NCBI RefSeq assembly: GCF_006345805.1
Contig: NC_043012.1
Location: 56,172,001 to 56,236,000 of the forward strand
Direction: 5' to 3'
DNA: 64,000 bases
Source: Octopus sinensis
Taxonomy: Eukaryota
The notes below the pieces were generated by a model. That model saw only the letters and a list, made by a program, of their open reading frames with translations. It ran no database searches and was not told the DNA's origin. A program made the translations under genes and the position numbers. This document shows positions 51,819 through 64,000 of the stretch, piece after piece. The stretch's first letter is position 1. Every line of letters begins with the position of its first letter.

Positions 51819-52713
51819 GTAATTAACTAACATTTTAGAATTTTCCTTCAGTAAGTAATTAAACAAGTAATTAAGATATTCTTCAAGCAACTTTGTCTAT
51901 CTTCACATCATGTTTCTGTTTTTGTCTCACTCCAGCACATCCCTGACTGAGTAAATTTATGATCAGAGTCAACCCAGTTGTGATTATCTTGTCTTTTTGA
52001 GTCTTTCCAGGTAGTGGACAATATTTTGCAATGTGCCTTTCTTTTTTTTTAAGGGAATAGGGCATAGTTTGAGAGAAATTTGACTATTTCTAGCAGGTTG
52101 AGTGACTGCCTGGAGGATCACCTTATGTAATGGTAATCTATACTGTAATAAGAGCCATGTCCGTCTGTCCATCACATCACTTTTCTTCAGTATTAAAATA
52201 GAATGAAATTCAAGCAGTTAATTACATAGGAAGAAATTCAAGCAGTTCACTTGAAAGAATTGTATCACATATACTAAGATTAAATAATTTTATTTAAATT
52301 GAAGAGAAAGAGAGAGAGAGGAGGGAGAGTGAGTGGTGACTGACAGGAAGGGAAGAAAATGTTTTGATACATACAAAGAAAAATAGATACATAGATAAAA
52401 AAAAAGTAGATACATACACACATTGTTAAATTAAAAGCAGGAGAGAGGAGGGGCACAGAGAAAGTGAGAGAGACAGTAGATACATAGATGAAAAGAAAAG
52501 TTGGTACGTAGATGCAGAGACTCAGATTACAGTATTCTGTGGGCGACATTGAGGACTTTCTTCTCTTGTCTGTTGCTCTTTCAGCAATTGACCTCCAACA
52601 AAACATCTATGCAGTCGCCCGACTTGCAACAAATAGCAACCAAATCTCCTTCAAATGATACCCTCCTGTGTTAGTATATCTCAGGCAACATGATTGGATT
52701 TTAATAAGACAGC

Positions 52714-52930
52714 AGGACAAGCTGGCAGAAATGTTAGCATGCCACGTGAAATGCTTTGCAGTATTTCATCTATCTTTATGTTCTGAATTCAAACTCCGCC
52801 GAGGTCAACTTTGCCTTTCATCCTTTCAGGGTCGATAAATTAAGTATCAGTTGCATACTGGGGGGATCGATCTAATCGACTGGCCCCCTCCCCCAAAATT
52901 TTCAGGCCTTGTGCCTAGAGTACAAAAGAA
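52714..52930 (+). mobile_element. SINE family 2 variant with alternative 3' tail
   Basis: Same head and core, tail CCCCCAAAATTTTCAGGCCTTGTGCC; similar older copies at 1510-1730, 20085-20290 and 50200-50865. Confidence 0.8.
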
Positions 52931-53329
52931 GAGACAGTAGGGTAACACCATTAGTAGAATAGGAAGGAAGATGAGAGAAGATGAAATAAAATAACTATTT
53001 ACAATACAATAAAGGTAGGAGTACAAGGAGGTTTAATTTTCTGTAATAGGTTGATGGGTAATAAAAATTTTTGAGGTTCACAGGTATGAAAGCTTTAAAG
53101 GTTCGTGGATATCAAAGTTTGAAAGTTAAAAGATGTGTGGAAGGTAATTCTATTCAAATTTATTACCTGTATGTTTAAATAAATATTTGCTCATTAAAAT
53201 TCATACTATAATAATGGAAATGAAGCAGAATATATAGTGGTGTTTCAAAATAATTACGTGCACATTTAAAGACACATTTTCTTATTTTTTGCAACTATTA
53301 AAACCCCATTATGAGTATTGATATTGCTA

Positions 53330-53850
53330 GCCAGACTATCAACAGGAGAGGCGAAGAAGATTGAGCAGTGACCGACAAGAAGCTATAAGAAACATAAATG
53401 CTGCACAATACTCCAAAATTTTGCTACAGGACTTTCAACAACATAGAGTAGCAAGAGAACATATATCAAGGGAAAGAAGAGGAGAAATTTTAGATCAAAA
53501 TGCTCAACAACATCCCACAGCCTGAGAGAATTTATCACAGGAAATAATAGAAGAAATTCTATCAGTGGTCTACCTTCACATAAGATTAAATTAAAAATTG
53601 GAGCACCAATAATGTTACTCAGAAAACTTGATCACAAAAATGGTCATTGCAATGGCACAAGGTATAAAATTGCAACTTGCAAAAAAATTGACTCGAGTTG
53701 ATGTGGAACAAATTGTTCTGATTCCTCGGATTCTGACTTACTCTTCACATTACAAAGATGCCAATTTCCAACAAGACCGGCTTTTGCAATTTCCATAAAC
53801 AAAAACCAAGGACAGAGTCTGTCAAAACGTGGCATTTACTTACCAAATCC
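53330..53850 (+). mobile_element. Helitron Rep/helicase remnant (PIF1-family helicase C-terminal region)
   Basis: SGLPSHKIKLKIGAPIMLLRKLDHKNGHCNGTRY and QFPTRPAFAISINKNQGQSL, decayed forms of the PIF1 2B and motif V signatures. Confidence 0.85.
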
Positions 53851-55080
53851 AGATTAATTATTTAAAATAAACAGTTTAAAGATGAGTTTCGATAAGTGCA
53901 CATTCAGTTTCCATTTTATTTTCAAATGTAACTGGTTGGGATCTGAAGAGTGTAGTATCAAAGCCAGGTAGACGTTAGCAATTTTTGTACTGGCTGCGAA
54001 CACACTCAGTTGTTCTGATTATTACTTATATTTATTATTTAATTTTTGTCATGAATTTATCATGTGTATAAAATATTTAATAAAACCGTGCAATACATGT
54101 ATATATAGAGAGAGAGATTTATGCAAATATATGTAAAACTGGTTGTTGATAGTTTCAATTACTTTTGGGTATACATGAGAAAAATATAGGACATTAAACT
54201 ACACATCATTTAACGGGTGCCCTAGTAATGATAATAATAATGAAATTTTTGTATACAGTGCTCAGATGCCCTACAACTCATCAGAAAAAGTAACCAAAAG
54301 TGCATGAACAGCACATAGAATAATGCACAGAAAGTGAACAGTGAAAGAGTTGTTAAAAGGGTGGGCTGACATCAGGTGTATTGTTGGTGAATTTCAGGAA
54401 GTATGGAAGTTTTAAAGGATACAGTGTCCTAACAGCCAACTACAGGTGCAATAGTTTATTCCATTCTTCAGCAACTCTGAACATTGCTGGTATGAAAGCA
54501 GAAACAGTAGAAGGTCAGACAGTTTGTAATTTCACTCCTCCACATTATGAGTTCAGAAGCTCAGTTCCTACTAGAGTCAATCTGATCCTACCACAGGAAG
54601 TGGAAGCACATGGCTCAGTAGTTAGAGCATTGGACTCACAGTCATGAGGTAGTGAGTTTGATTCCCAGACCAGGCTGTATGTCGCATTCTTGAACAAGGT
54701 GCTTTATTTCACGTTGCTCCAGTCCACTCAGCTGTAGAAATGAGTTGCGACATCACTGGTGTCAAGCTGTGTCGGCCTTTGCCTTTCCCTTGGATAACAC
54801 TGGTGGTGTGGAGAGGGGACACTGGTATGCGTGGGTGACTGCTGGTCTTCCATTTACAACCTTGCCTTGACTTGTGCCTCAGAAGGTAACTTTCTTGGTG
54901 CAACCCCATGGTCATTCATGACCAAAGGGAGTCTTTACCATTACTATAGGAAGGAAAATTAAATTACCATTCATGTATTAGTATCAGTTTAATTAACTGT
55001 AGCATTTAGTTTCCAACAAAACATTATAAAGAAACAGGACGGGTTTTGTTTTTCCTTTTTTTTTTTTTTTTATATAAGGC

Positions 55081-55452
55081 ATAGGCATGGCTGTTTGGTA
55101 AGAAGCCTGCTTCCCAACCACATGGTTCTTGGTTCAATCCCACAGCATGACACTTTGGGCAAGTGTCTTCTACTATAGCCTTAAAGTCTTGTGAATAGAT
55201 TTGGTTGACAGAAACTGAAAGAAGCCCGTTGTATATATATATATGTGTGTATGTGCTTGTTCCCCACCAACGCTTCATAACTGGTGTTGGTGTGTTTATC
55301 TCCTCATAACTTAGCAGTTTGGCAAAAGAGACCAATAGAATAAGGTACAAGGCTTAAAAAAAAGCACTGGGGTCAATTCATTTGACTAAAAATTCAAGGT
55401 GGTGCCCCAGCATGGCAACAGTCAAATGACTGAAACAAGTAAAAGATAAAAA
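55081..55452 (+). mobile_element. SINE family 1, older copy
   Basis: Diverged but colinear. Confidence 0.75.
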
Positions 55453-55614
55453 CCTATATTATTGGGTTAGTTCAATACTAGCAGAGGAAAGAAAGAAGTT
55501 CTCTCTCAACAAAGATCTGATCTAAATGCTTACAACAGAGTAGATGCGCGTAGATTCACCCAAGGATGAAATGGTGATGTTAAATCAAGTGACAGATTAT
55601 ATCTGTTATAGCGT

Positions 55615-56025
55615 GATCATTGCCAGAGCAACAAACTGGCTTCTGTGCTGGTGGCACATAAAAAGCACCATTTGAGTGTGATCGTTACCTGCATCACCTT
55701 ACTGGCACTTGTGCTGGTGGCACATGAAAAAACATTCAAGCGAGGTCGTTGCCAGTGCTGCTGGTCTGGCTCCTGTGCAGGTGGCACATAAAAAGCACCA
55801 TTTGAGCATGGCCATTGCTAGTACCACCTGACTGGCCCTCATGCCAGTGGCACGTAAAAGCTCCCACTACACTCTCGGAGTGGTTGGCATTAGGAAGGGC
55901 ATCCAGCTGTAGAAACTCTGCCAGATCAAGATTGGAGCCTGGTGCAGCCATCTGGTTCGCCAGCCCTCAGTCAAAATCGAAGCATGGAAGCGGGTGTTAA
56001 ACGATGATGATAATGATGATGATTT
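55615..56025 (+). mobile_element. Dispersed RTE 3'-tail fragment
   Basis: Colinear with 12820-13235. Confidence 0.8.
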
Positions 56026-56842
56026 TATATCTAAGAACACGACCACTCCCTCTGATGGATTAAATCCCAGTTCCTGCCTACCAGATTCCCCTCATGCAAT
56101 TTTGGTCACCCTGAGGCTATGATAGAAGACATTTGACCAAGGTGTTGCACAGTGGAATTGAACTGGAAATCACAATATTTACAAAGCAAACTATTTAGCC
56201 ACACAACAATGTTACCTAAAAAGCTTGTATTACATTTTGTTTTGTTTTGTTTTTCTGTTTCTCTATATATGCTGTATGTGGGTATGTGCGTACACGTATG
56301 TGATGGAAAGTGAAGTAAAGTGGGTGTTGAAAGAGAAACTACAGAAATTTGAACTTTATATTATAGGCAGTCTATTGTCACCATTGTCTGCTCTTTCTTT
56401 CTTTCTAATTTTTGTTTTTCGTTTTCCTGTGCCCAGTAACTTGCTTTTCGACCTTTCCTCTCAATTTGAAACTATTATTACATCTCTACTGTTATTCTCT
56501 TACATTGGGACTAAATTAACCTCTTTTGGTTACTAGTTGAGGCAGTTATTTGTACATCCATCATTACTATGTTGACCTGAACAATCACACTCTTGTTGTA
56601 AATGTTATTTTATTTTCAAATTCCCCTGTTCTATATTACACTCTGCTAAATTACATCTGTTGGGCACCAAAATCTGAAATCTACTTTTATTTCTCCACAA
56701 TATTTTCAAGTACTTCAAACTTGTTTTGTCTTTTTTTTCTTATTTATTTATTTCTGTTTATTAACATGAAGTATTTTGTTATTGTTGTCATTGCTATGTT
56801 TGAGCAAATCTCTGACTGAATTATAGTTAATTGAATCATTAA

Positions 56843-57277
56843 CCCCATTTATTGCCATATTTCTGTTGCAATACAGCGCCTTGGTTTCAATTAATTTTGA
56901 AAATAATAAATAATTTATTAAAATAACTTTGTCAGTATTAAGCTGGTATTTGGAACATGGATTAACATGAAATTTTGATGGAAGAATTTAATTTAGATCA
57001 CTTTAACACTTTAGTGTTGAAACTAGTCATATCTGGCTCAAATATCCCAGCTGGTTTATGTCCAAACTGGCTTGATTCAGTCCTTAACACCTACAACATC
57101 ATTCTAAAAGTATACAAACATACCATTGAAATTTCAAAGTTACAAGGTAATGCGTGATTAATTCAAGGCAATATGAAGGGATGAGAATTACTTTTGACAG
57201 AGTAATCTGAATGCTGAAGGGTTAAAATGTATCACAGAACCAAGGGTGGTTTTAAGCAGGTCAGTATGAAAAGGGTC
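56843..57277. mobile_element. Two nested TTAA-flanked (piggyBac-like) MITEs; inner element 57007-57221
   Basis: Outer starts TTAA|CCCC; inner is bracketed by TTAA at 57003-57006 and 57222-57225 with CACTTTAGTGTT...AATGCTGAAGGG ends. Related pieces near 4850-5050, 8990-9200 and 61470-61620. Confidence 0.55.
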
Positions 57278-57794
57278 GAGAATATCGATAGGCTTGAGAG
57301 AGAGAGGGAATAAACAGCCATGCCAAGACAATAGTGTATGAAATATCAAATCCAGAGGTCAGCAGTTCATATCTTAATATTGTCATTACATTGTATCAAT
57401 ATGGTAAACTTAATGATTATGAAATGAAAGAGGCATAAGAGTGCTATTATTAAATGTGAAAAATGTATGGGAGAGAGGGTCTGCCTACTGTGAATCCAAC
57501 TGAGGGATCAGCAGTATGATAGATAAAGCAATTAAGGATATAAAAATGGTCCATCAGGAATTACCACTGAAATGCTTAAAATATCTGATGGAAGGGAATA
57601 TGGTCTAATCAACTTTGTAGCTGATCAGGTTCTACAGGGAGGTATCATACCCAACAACTGATGTAGCAGCATTATAATCAACTGTTACAAGAGTAAAGGA
57701 GGTACCTTAGAGAGCAGTAATTACAGAAGCATCAAATTGTTGGACCACATCATGAAAGTTAGAGAGAGAGAGTTAGCTCAACTAATAGGGAAGA

Positions 57795-58650
57795 TCACTT
57801 TTTTAAGTTATCTCTACAGATTTACTGTAGAAATTAGAGCCAGCTCTAAGTTACATTTCATATGTGAATATGTCTATGTAAACCATGCGATTAACAATAG
57901 TAAAATAATGGCACAGGAGTGGCTGTGTGGTAAGTAGCTTGCTTACCAACCACATGGTTCCGGGTTCAGTCTCACTGCATGGCACCTTGGGCAAGTGTCT
58001 TCTACTATAGCCTCGGGCCAACCAAAGCCTTGTGAGTGGATTTGGTAGACGGAAACTGAAAGAAGCCCGTCATATATATGTATATATATATATATATATG
58101 TTTGTGTGTCTGTGTTTGTTCCCCCAACATCGCTTGACAACCGATGCTGGTGTGTTTACGTCCCCTTAACTTAGCGGTTCGGCAAAAGAGACCGATAGAA
58201 TATGTACTAGGCTTACAAAGAATAAGTCCTGGGGTCGATTTGCTCGACTAAAGGTGGTGCTCCAGCATGGCCACAGTCAAATGACTGAAACAAGTAAAAA
58301 CAAAAATGGGTGTATATGCATATTTCAGGATTGATTGCTCTTTCTTCAGCACCACTTCCAACCCATTAACCATCCACGAACACATTGCTTAAATAGCCAC
58401 TGAATTTAGCAGTCTAACACAATTGGATAGACCAATTTACATATTAAATACATTCTTGGAGACTGTACATACAGATTAATTGCTGGTAGGGATACCATAT
58501 TTCATGTTGCAACCATAATAAACTACCAAGTATATTTAGGATTTACAAGTCAGTACTGTATCCTAATTGTGTTAGCAGTGCAATTCAATCACTTAAATGT
58601 ACTTGGTAGTTTATTATGGTTTGCAAAATATGGTGTCTCTTACCAGTAAT
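57795..58650. mobile_element. Repeat X inserted in the old RTE copy, itself interrupted by a SINE
   Basis: Flanked by TAATAGGGAAGA (57783-57794) and TAATAAGGAAGA (58651-58662); the RTE reading LAQLI(R)KRISLDEMQFGF resumes across it. Confidence 0.7.
57910..58300 (+). mobile_element. SINE family 1
   Basis: Full-length copy inside repeat X. Confidence 0.88.
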
Positions 58651-59858
58651 TAATAAGGAAGAGAATTAGCCTGGATGAGATGCAGTTTGGTTTTGTGCCA
58701 AATTCTGCTGATGCCCTTTTTCTAGTAAAGTAACTTCAGGAAAAGTATTTATCCAAAAGTAAACTGCTGTATTTGGCATTCATTGACCTAGGGAAAGCTC
58801 TTGACGGGGTCCCTTGATCCCTGGTCTGGTAATTGCTGCAGAAGCTTGAAGTAGATGAATAGCAGGTGAGAGCCTTTCAAACCATGAACCGTGATGCTGT
58901 CAGTAAGGTGAGAGTTAGTAATGAGTATAGCAATGAATCTAATGTGAAGGTTGTTCACAAGTGCTCAGTTCCCAGCTCCCTTCTATTTATCACAGTCCTC
59001 CAGGCCATAACAGAGGAGTTTTAAGACTGGTTACTTGTAGGAATTCTTCTACACAGATGACCTTGTTCTTATAGCTGTATCTGTAGTAGAATTAGAAAAG
59101 AAATACAAGGTGTGGAAATAAAACCTGGTCTCGAAGGACCTTAAGTTCAGCAGAGAATCAGACAAGACATTAATCCTTTCAGGAAAATGGCCCTGATTTC
59201 AATATGTTGAAAAGGTGTAGGTAGAAAGTCTATACTGTGTACCCAGTGCAAACTACAGACACACAAGGAGTGTAGTGGAATCGTGAGAAGATTAAAGAGA
59301 AGGTTGGTTTTGCTTGTGGCAGATGCACAGGTGCAGTAAACACTAAAACCACACGGGGAATAATAAATTTTCTTGACTGTCTATGAAGATCCTTTGAGAT
59401 AGTAGATCATTTCTGTTACCTAGGTGACCAAATTAACTGGAGGCAAATATTCTGAAAGGTACTAGAATAAGAACTGACTATGAATGCAAACAACATGCAC
59501 CAATATGTATATATGTCTGAGTGTGTGTGTGTGTGTCTCTTAAAACTGTACTCCACTCAGTTGAAAAGGGTCTTGTCGTGCGGGTGCTTGGAAACCTCAT
59601 TAGTACTGATACCACAAAAATAAAAAAAAAAAGCACCCATTACACTCTGTGAAGTGGTTGGCGTCCAGCTGTAGAAACCATGCTAAAGTAAATGTTGGAA
59701 GTTGGTGCAGCCCTCTGGCTCATTAGTTCAAGCCAAACCACCCCACCCATGCCAACATGGAAAAAGGGACTTTAAAGGATCATGATATATGATTTGATTT
59801 GATCTAGTTTCAGCTCATGAGCTATGGTCATGCTGGGGCACTGCCATTTATATATATA

Positions 59859-59859
<1 letters not shown>

Positions 59860-59922
<63 letters not shown>
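59860..59922. repeat. (TA)n microsatellite
   Basis: Direct inspection. Confidence 0.95.
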
Positions 59923-59924
<2 letters not shown>

Positions 59925-60990
59925 GTAATCAATTTAAAAACACCACCGAATGAGCTGCTAATAGTTTCATACTTTTATGATACCTGAACAAGGATATTTA
60001 TAAAATACACCTATCTTAAAGCAATCTTTCAGGCTCTGTTTATGTATTAAATAGATTTTTAAAACAAGGATACTGGACAGTAAACAAATAAGAAAAAATG
60101 AGGGAAAAAAGGGTGAATAAGGTTGATGCAAAAAATGGAACGAGGAAAAAGAAATGAAAAAAACCCAAAAAAACTAAGCTCCTTGTCCTCCCTATAGAGA
60201 TAGATAGGTAGGTAGGTAGGCAGGCATATTTGCATATACATTGTTAATGAATTTTGATTAATAAATTACATACCTCCAATGCAATTTTTATTACCTTCCA
60301 TTAGCTAGATTGTTTCCTATCTTACACACTTCAGAAAGAATTACTAGACTGCTGTACACGTATTTCACATTAGACTTTATATAACAGCTTTCCAGCTCAT
60401 ATTTTTACTTTTCTATAAAGTTGCTTGACCTCCTACAAATAGCAGCTAAACCCTATTACATATTACACTCTTCTGTCTTCAAAAAGTTTTTAAAAAAAAA
60501 CAAAAAGGAAGGGCAGTTTTTGTTTTGCTAACCCTGAAAAGAAGACAGGATGGTCATGCCTGGAATGCTTTTGAACAGATCTTCTTAGTCAGGACTAAAA
60601 GACAACAAGCTTCCTTTTTGTTTTCATTAGTCTTGATTTAAAAAATTAATGGCTCCGTAATAATAAATTTGTTTCCCAACCACATGGTTCTGGGTTCAGT
60701 CCCACTGTGTGGCACCTTGGGCAAGTGTTTTCGACTACAACCTCAGGCCAACCAAAACCTTGCCAGTGAATTTGGCAGATGTAAACTGAAAAAAGCTCAG
60801 CATGTGTGTGTGTGTGTCTTTGTGTTTGTCTCCCACTACTGCTTGACAACCAGTGTTATGTTTACATTCCAGTAGCTTTGCAGTTTGGCAAAAAGATATC
60901 AAGAAGTGCTGGGGTTGATTAATTCAACATAAAATTCTTGAAGACAGTGCCTCTGTATGGCCGCATTCTAATGACTATAACAAGTAAAAG

Positions 60991-61293
60991 GTGGAGGCGC
61001 AATGGCCCAGTGGTTAGGGCAGCGGACTCGCGGTCGTAGGATCGTGGTTTCAATTCCCAGACCAGCATTGTGAGTGTTTATTGAGCGAAAACACCTAAAT
61101 CTCCACAAGGCTCTGGTAGGGTGTGGTGGGGATCCCTGCTGTACTCTTTCACCACAACTTACTCTTTCTTCTGTTGGCCTGCTCGCTTAGCCAGCGAGGA
61201 GTGGCATCATTGAAGGCTAAAACAATGCGAAGCGCATTGTGACCAGCGATGTGTAGCAACATCTGATGGCCTGGTCGGTGACGTGATCACGTG
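60991..61293 (+). mobile_element. Young tRNA-headed SINE family 3 with 14-bp TSD, inserted in a family 1 tail
   Basis: TGGCCCAGTGG A box, GGTTTCAATTCC B box, CpG retained; ATAACAAGTAAAAG at 60977-60990 and 61294-61307. Confidence 0.88.
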
Positions 61294-62470
61294 ATAACAA
61301 GTAAAAGATAAAAGATAATTATTTTGCTATCTAAAATTTATTATACATATTACCCATTGGTGGTGCTCCAGCATGACTGCCACTGCATGACTCAAAAGAA
61401 TAAAAGAATGCAATGTTTTGTCAACCAGCCTGCGTAAGTGATCTGATTGATCTAATTTCAAGCCTTCCATCAAAATCCCACGATGATTTATATTCTAACA
61501 CCCAGTTTTATTATGACAGAGTTGTTTTACTTTAATTCTTCATTAATTTCAAATTAACTGAAACAAAAGCAGAGTACTTCTGCAGAAATACCATAACAAA
61601 AGAGTTAATAGATTGATTAGTGTAACTAAATTTTAAAACATTGTCTTTCCTCAAAACGCATAGCCTCATTATTCCCTTAACACCTCCAAACCTTTCCTCT
61701 TGTATGTTGAAGTATTTCTTATTCTATCTCAATCAATAAAATCCCCACCAAAACCGTTTTCTGGAATCCTATACTATCTTGATTATATTTTGTTTCATTT
61801 TGTTTATTGCCTTTTTTTTTTTTTTTTCTATTATCCTAGTTTTTGCTGCCTTCCTCCTCCCCTTCCACACTTCACACCTGTTTTCTGTGCCCTCCCCTCT
61901 CATACTTGTTCTCTAAAATATACATTTTAATGCGGCAGAAGTATGAATAGAGGCAATTATAATGTTGAGTTAAAAGATGATTTAATGATGACTTAAAGTG
62001 TGCACGCATATGGCATTAATATTCAATGAATACACATGTGCATAAATATAAACATACACACACACACACAAATACATATGTGTCTATATGTTGTTTGTAT
62101 GAACATAGATAGTCATAGATAGATGGATGGATAGATAGAGTCATAGAGAGATAGTCGTAGATAGATATAGAGAGATAGTTGTAGATAGATAGAAATAGAG
62201 AGATAGTCGTAGATAGATAGATACATGCATACATTCATTCATTGAATGGGTGAGAGGAAAATAAGCTCAGTATAGATAACAGTGTTCAAATGGATGTGAG
62301 CTTAAACTCCAACCTTTTTCATCCAAAGCCTCAGCATTGAAAGTGGCCATATAAAGCAATCCTTATCAAGCTGTTTGAGAGATAGTAAGGTAGACAACCA
62401 CAGTTAGGCTTGAAAGATATACATACATGAAACGGGTTTTTTTTTCTGTATTTTGTTATCTGTATTTTGT

Positions 62471-62629
62471 GCAGGAGTGGCTGTGTGGTAAGTAGTTTGC
62501 TTACTAGCCACATAGTTTTGGGTTCAGTCCCACTGCATGGCACCCTGGGCAAGTGTCTTCTATAGCCTCAGGCTGACCAAAGCCTTGGGAGTGAATTTGG
62601 TAGACGGAAACTGAAAGAAGCCCGTCATA

Positions 62630-62676
<47 letters not shown>

Positions 62677-62907
62677 ATATATATATATGTATGTATGTGT
62701 GTGTATATGTTTGTGTATCTGTGTCTCCTAACATCGCTTGACAACCGATGCTGGGTGTTTACATCCCTGTCACTTAGCAGTTCGGCAAAAGAGATCAATA
62801 GAATAAGTACTAAGCTTACAAAGAATAAGTCCTGGGGTTTATTTGCTCGGCTAATGGTGGTGCTCCAGCATGGCCACAGTCAAATGACTGAAACAAGTAA
62901 AAGAGTA
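62471..62907 (+). mobile_element. SINE family 1
   Basis: Full-length copy with expanded internal TA tract. Confidence 0.85.
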
Positions 62908-63765
62908 TATACCTCAGGCCTAACTATGTTTAACAACCTTACTACTTCTATATGTATGTGTGTGTGTTTGAGTGTGCATATATATTATTTGTATATCAAT
63001 ATATATAGTCCACTCTAAGATGGTTGGTGTAAAGAAGGGCATCCAGCTGCAAAAACCTGCCCAAGTACACAGTGGAGCCTTGTAAAGTCTCCTGCTGAGC
63101 CAGCCCCTGTCAAACCATCCAACCCATGCTAGCATGGGAAACAGACGTTAATTGATGATGATATTAGATAGGTAGGTAGATTGGCAAATAGGCATATTAG
63201 TGTATATACATTATGTATGTGTGTGTGTGTATATATATAACTGTATGCAGCAGTATAGAAATATTACGTACACATACACAATGGGAGCAAATTTGAGCAA
63301 GTAGTTTAGAAGTCCACTTCTCAGTCATTGAGGCCCCAAGTTCAGTTCCACTGTGTAGCAGTTTTGGTGTGTCTCTGCTGTCATGGCCCCAGGTGGGCCC
63401 TAACTTTGTAAGTTAAATTTTGTGGATGAAAACTATGCAGAAGCCTATCGTGTTGACTGTACCTTTAATTCAAAGGTCCAGCTTCTTTGCCTCACACTGT
63501 GGCATGCTGGCTCAGCCAGAGAATTACATTAAAGGGTACGAATGTCTATGGAATACTCGACCACTTGCTAATGAGTAATACAATGAATAAGCAGTTCAGT
63601 TGATTGAATGACAGGAATAGTCATCATCAAAACTGATAATGGATCCATATACTTTATATATACACACACACACATATATATACACATATATATTCATACA
63701 CGCACACACACATATATATATTCATACACGCACACACACATATATATATTCATACACACACATAC

Positions 63766-63809
<44 letters not shown>

Positions 63810-64000
63810 GTATGTGTACTTGCTTACATATACATCTGATATTTCCAGGGAAAGTGTAACAGCGAAACATGATAAAGACGATAATATTTCATTGAACTTT
63901 TAGACATGATAATGTAGATATATCTGTACTAAATACCATTTCTCCTAGCATGTTTTCATCTGCATTCTTTTGTTTGTTTGTTTTTTTTTTCATACAATTT

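Larger units (their letters stand above)
57450..59480 (+). mobile_element. Old, degraded copy of the same RTE family, interrupted by a nested insertion at 57795-58650
   Basis: Decayed GPSGITTEMLK, NYRSIKLLDHIMKV and LDEMQFGFVP motifs; 58900-59480 parallels 28210-28830 at the DNA level with stops and frameshifts. Confidence 0.85.

Noticed and set aside
54230-54300. CTGATGAG on the minus strand as a possible hammerhead
   Set aside because: No stem II followed by GAAA; it lies in what looks like a LINE-type tail ending in (ATT)n.
60991-61070. tRNA-like heads here and in other SINEs as tRNA genes
   Set aside because: A/B boxes present but no complete cloverleaf; they continue into SINE bodies with TSDs.
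51819-64000. Next DENND6 exon (expected S-V/L-V-L..KLPY..)
   Set aside because: Not found by eye. The window ends in a pyrimidine tract, so it may lie just beyond, but that is unverified.

Overview
AT-rich, intron-dominated eukaryotic DNA. The repeat content (tRNA-headed SINEs, RTE LINEs, Helitrons, long TA/TG microsatellites) points to an octopus genome; this is inference, not a database result. One host gene is supported: four internal + strand exons of DENND6 (FAM116, Rab14-GEF family) at 166-204, 36443-36485, 49449-49558 and 51738-51818. They splice in frame to [41 protein letters not shown]...[30 protein letters not shown]. The first intron is about 36.2 kb. The rest is intronic: a young 5'-truncated RTE LINE with a hierarchically expanded 3' UTR (about 28.2-31.0 kb), an old nested RTE copy, an RTE 3' end with three C2H2 fingers, a decayed Gypsy element, Helitrons, HERO-like fragments, MITEs, many SINEs and a 5S rRNA pseudogene. 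Best leads: two fold-back elements with hammerhead-ribozyme-like cores, a candidate 18-nt poison microexon or recursive splice site in the giant intron, the repeat-within-repeat LINE tail, and a possible stop-free 234-nt exon circle. None is proven to be a new system. Repeat boundaries were read by eye and are approximate unless a TSD is given.
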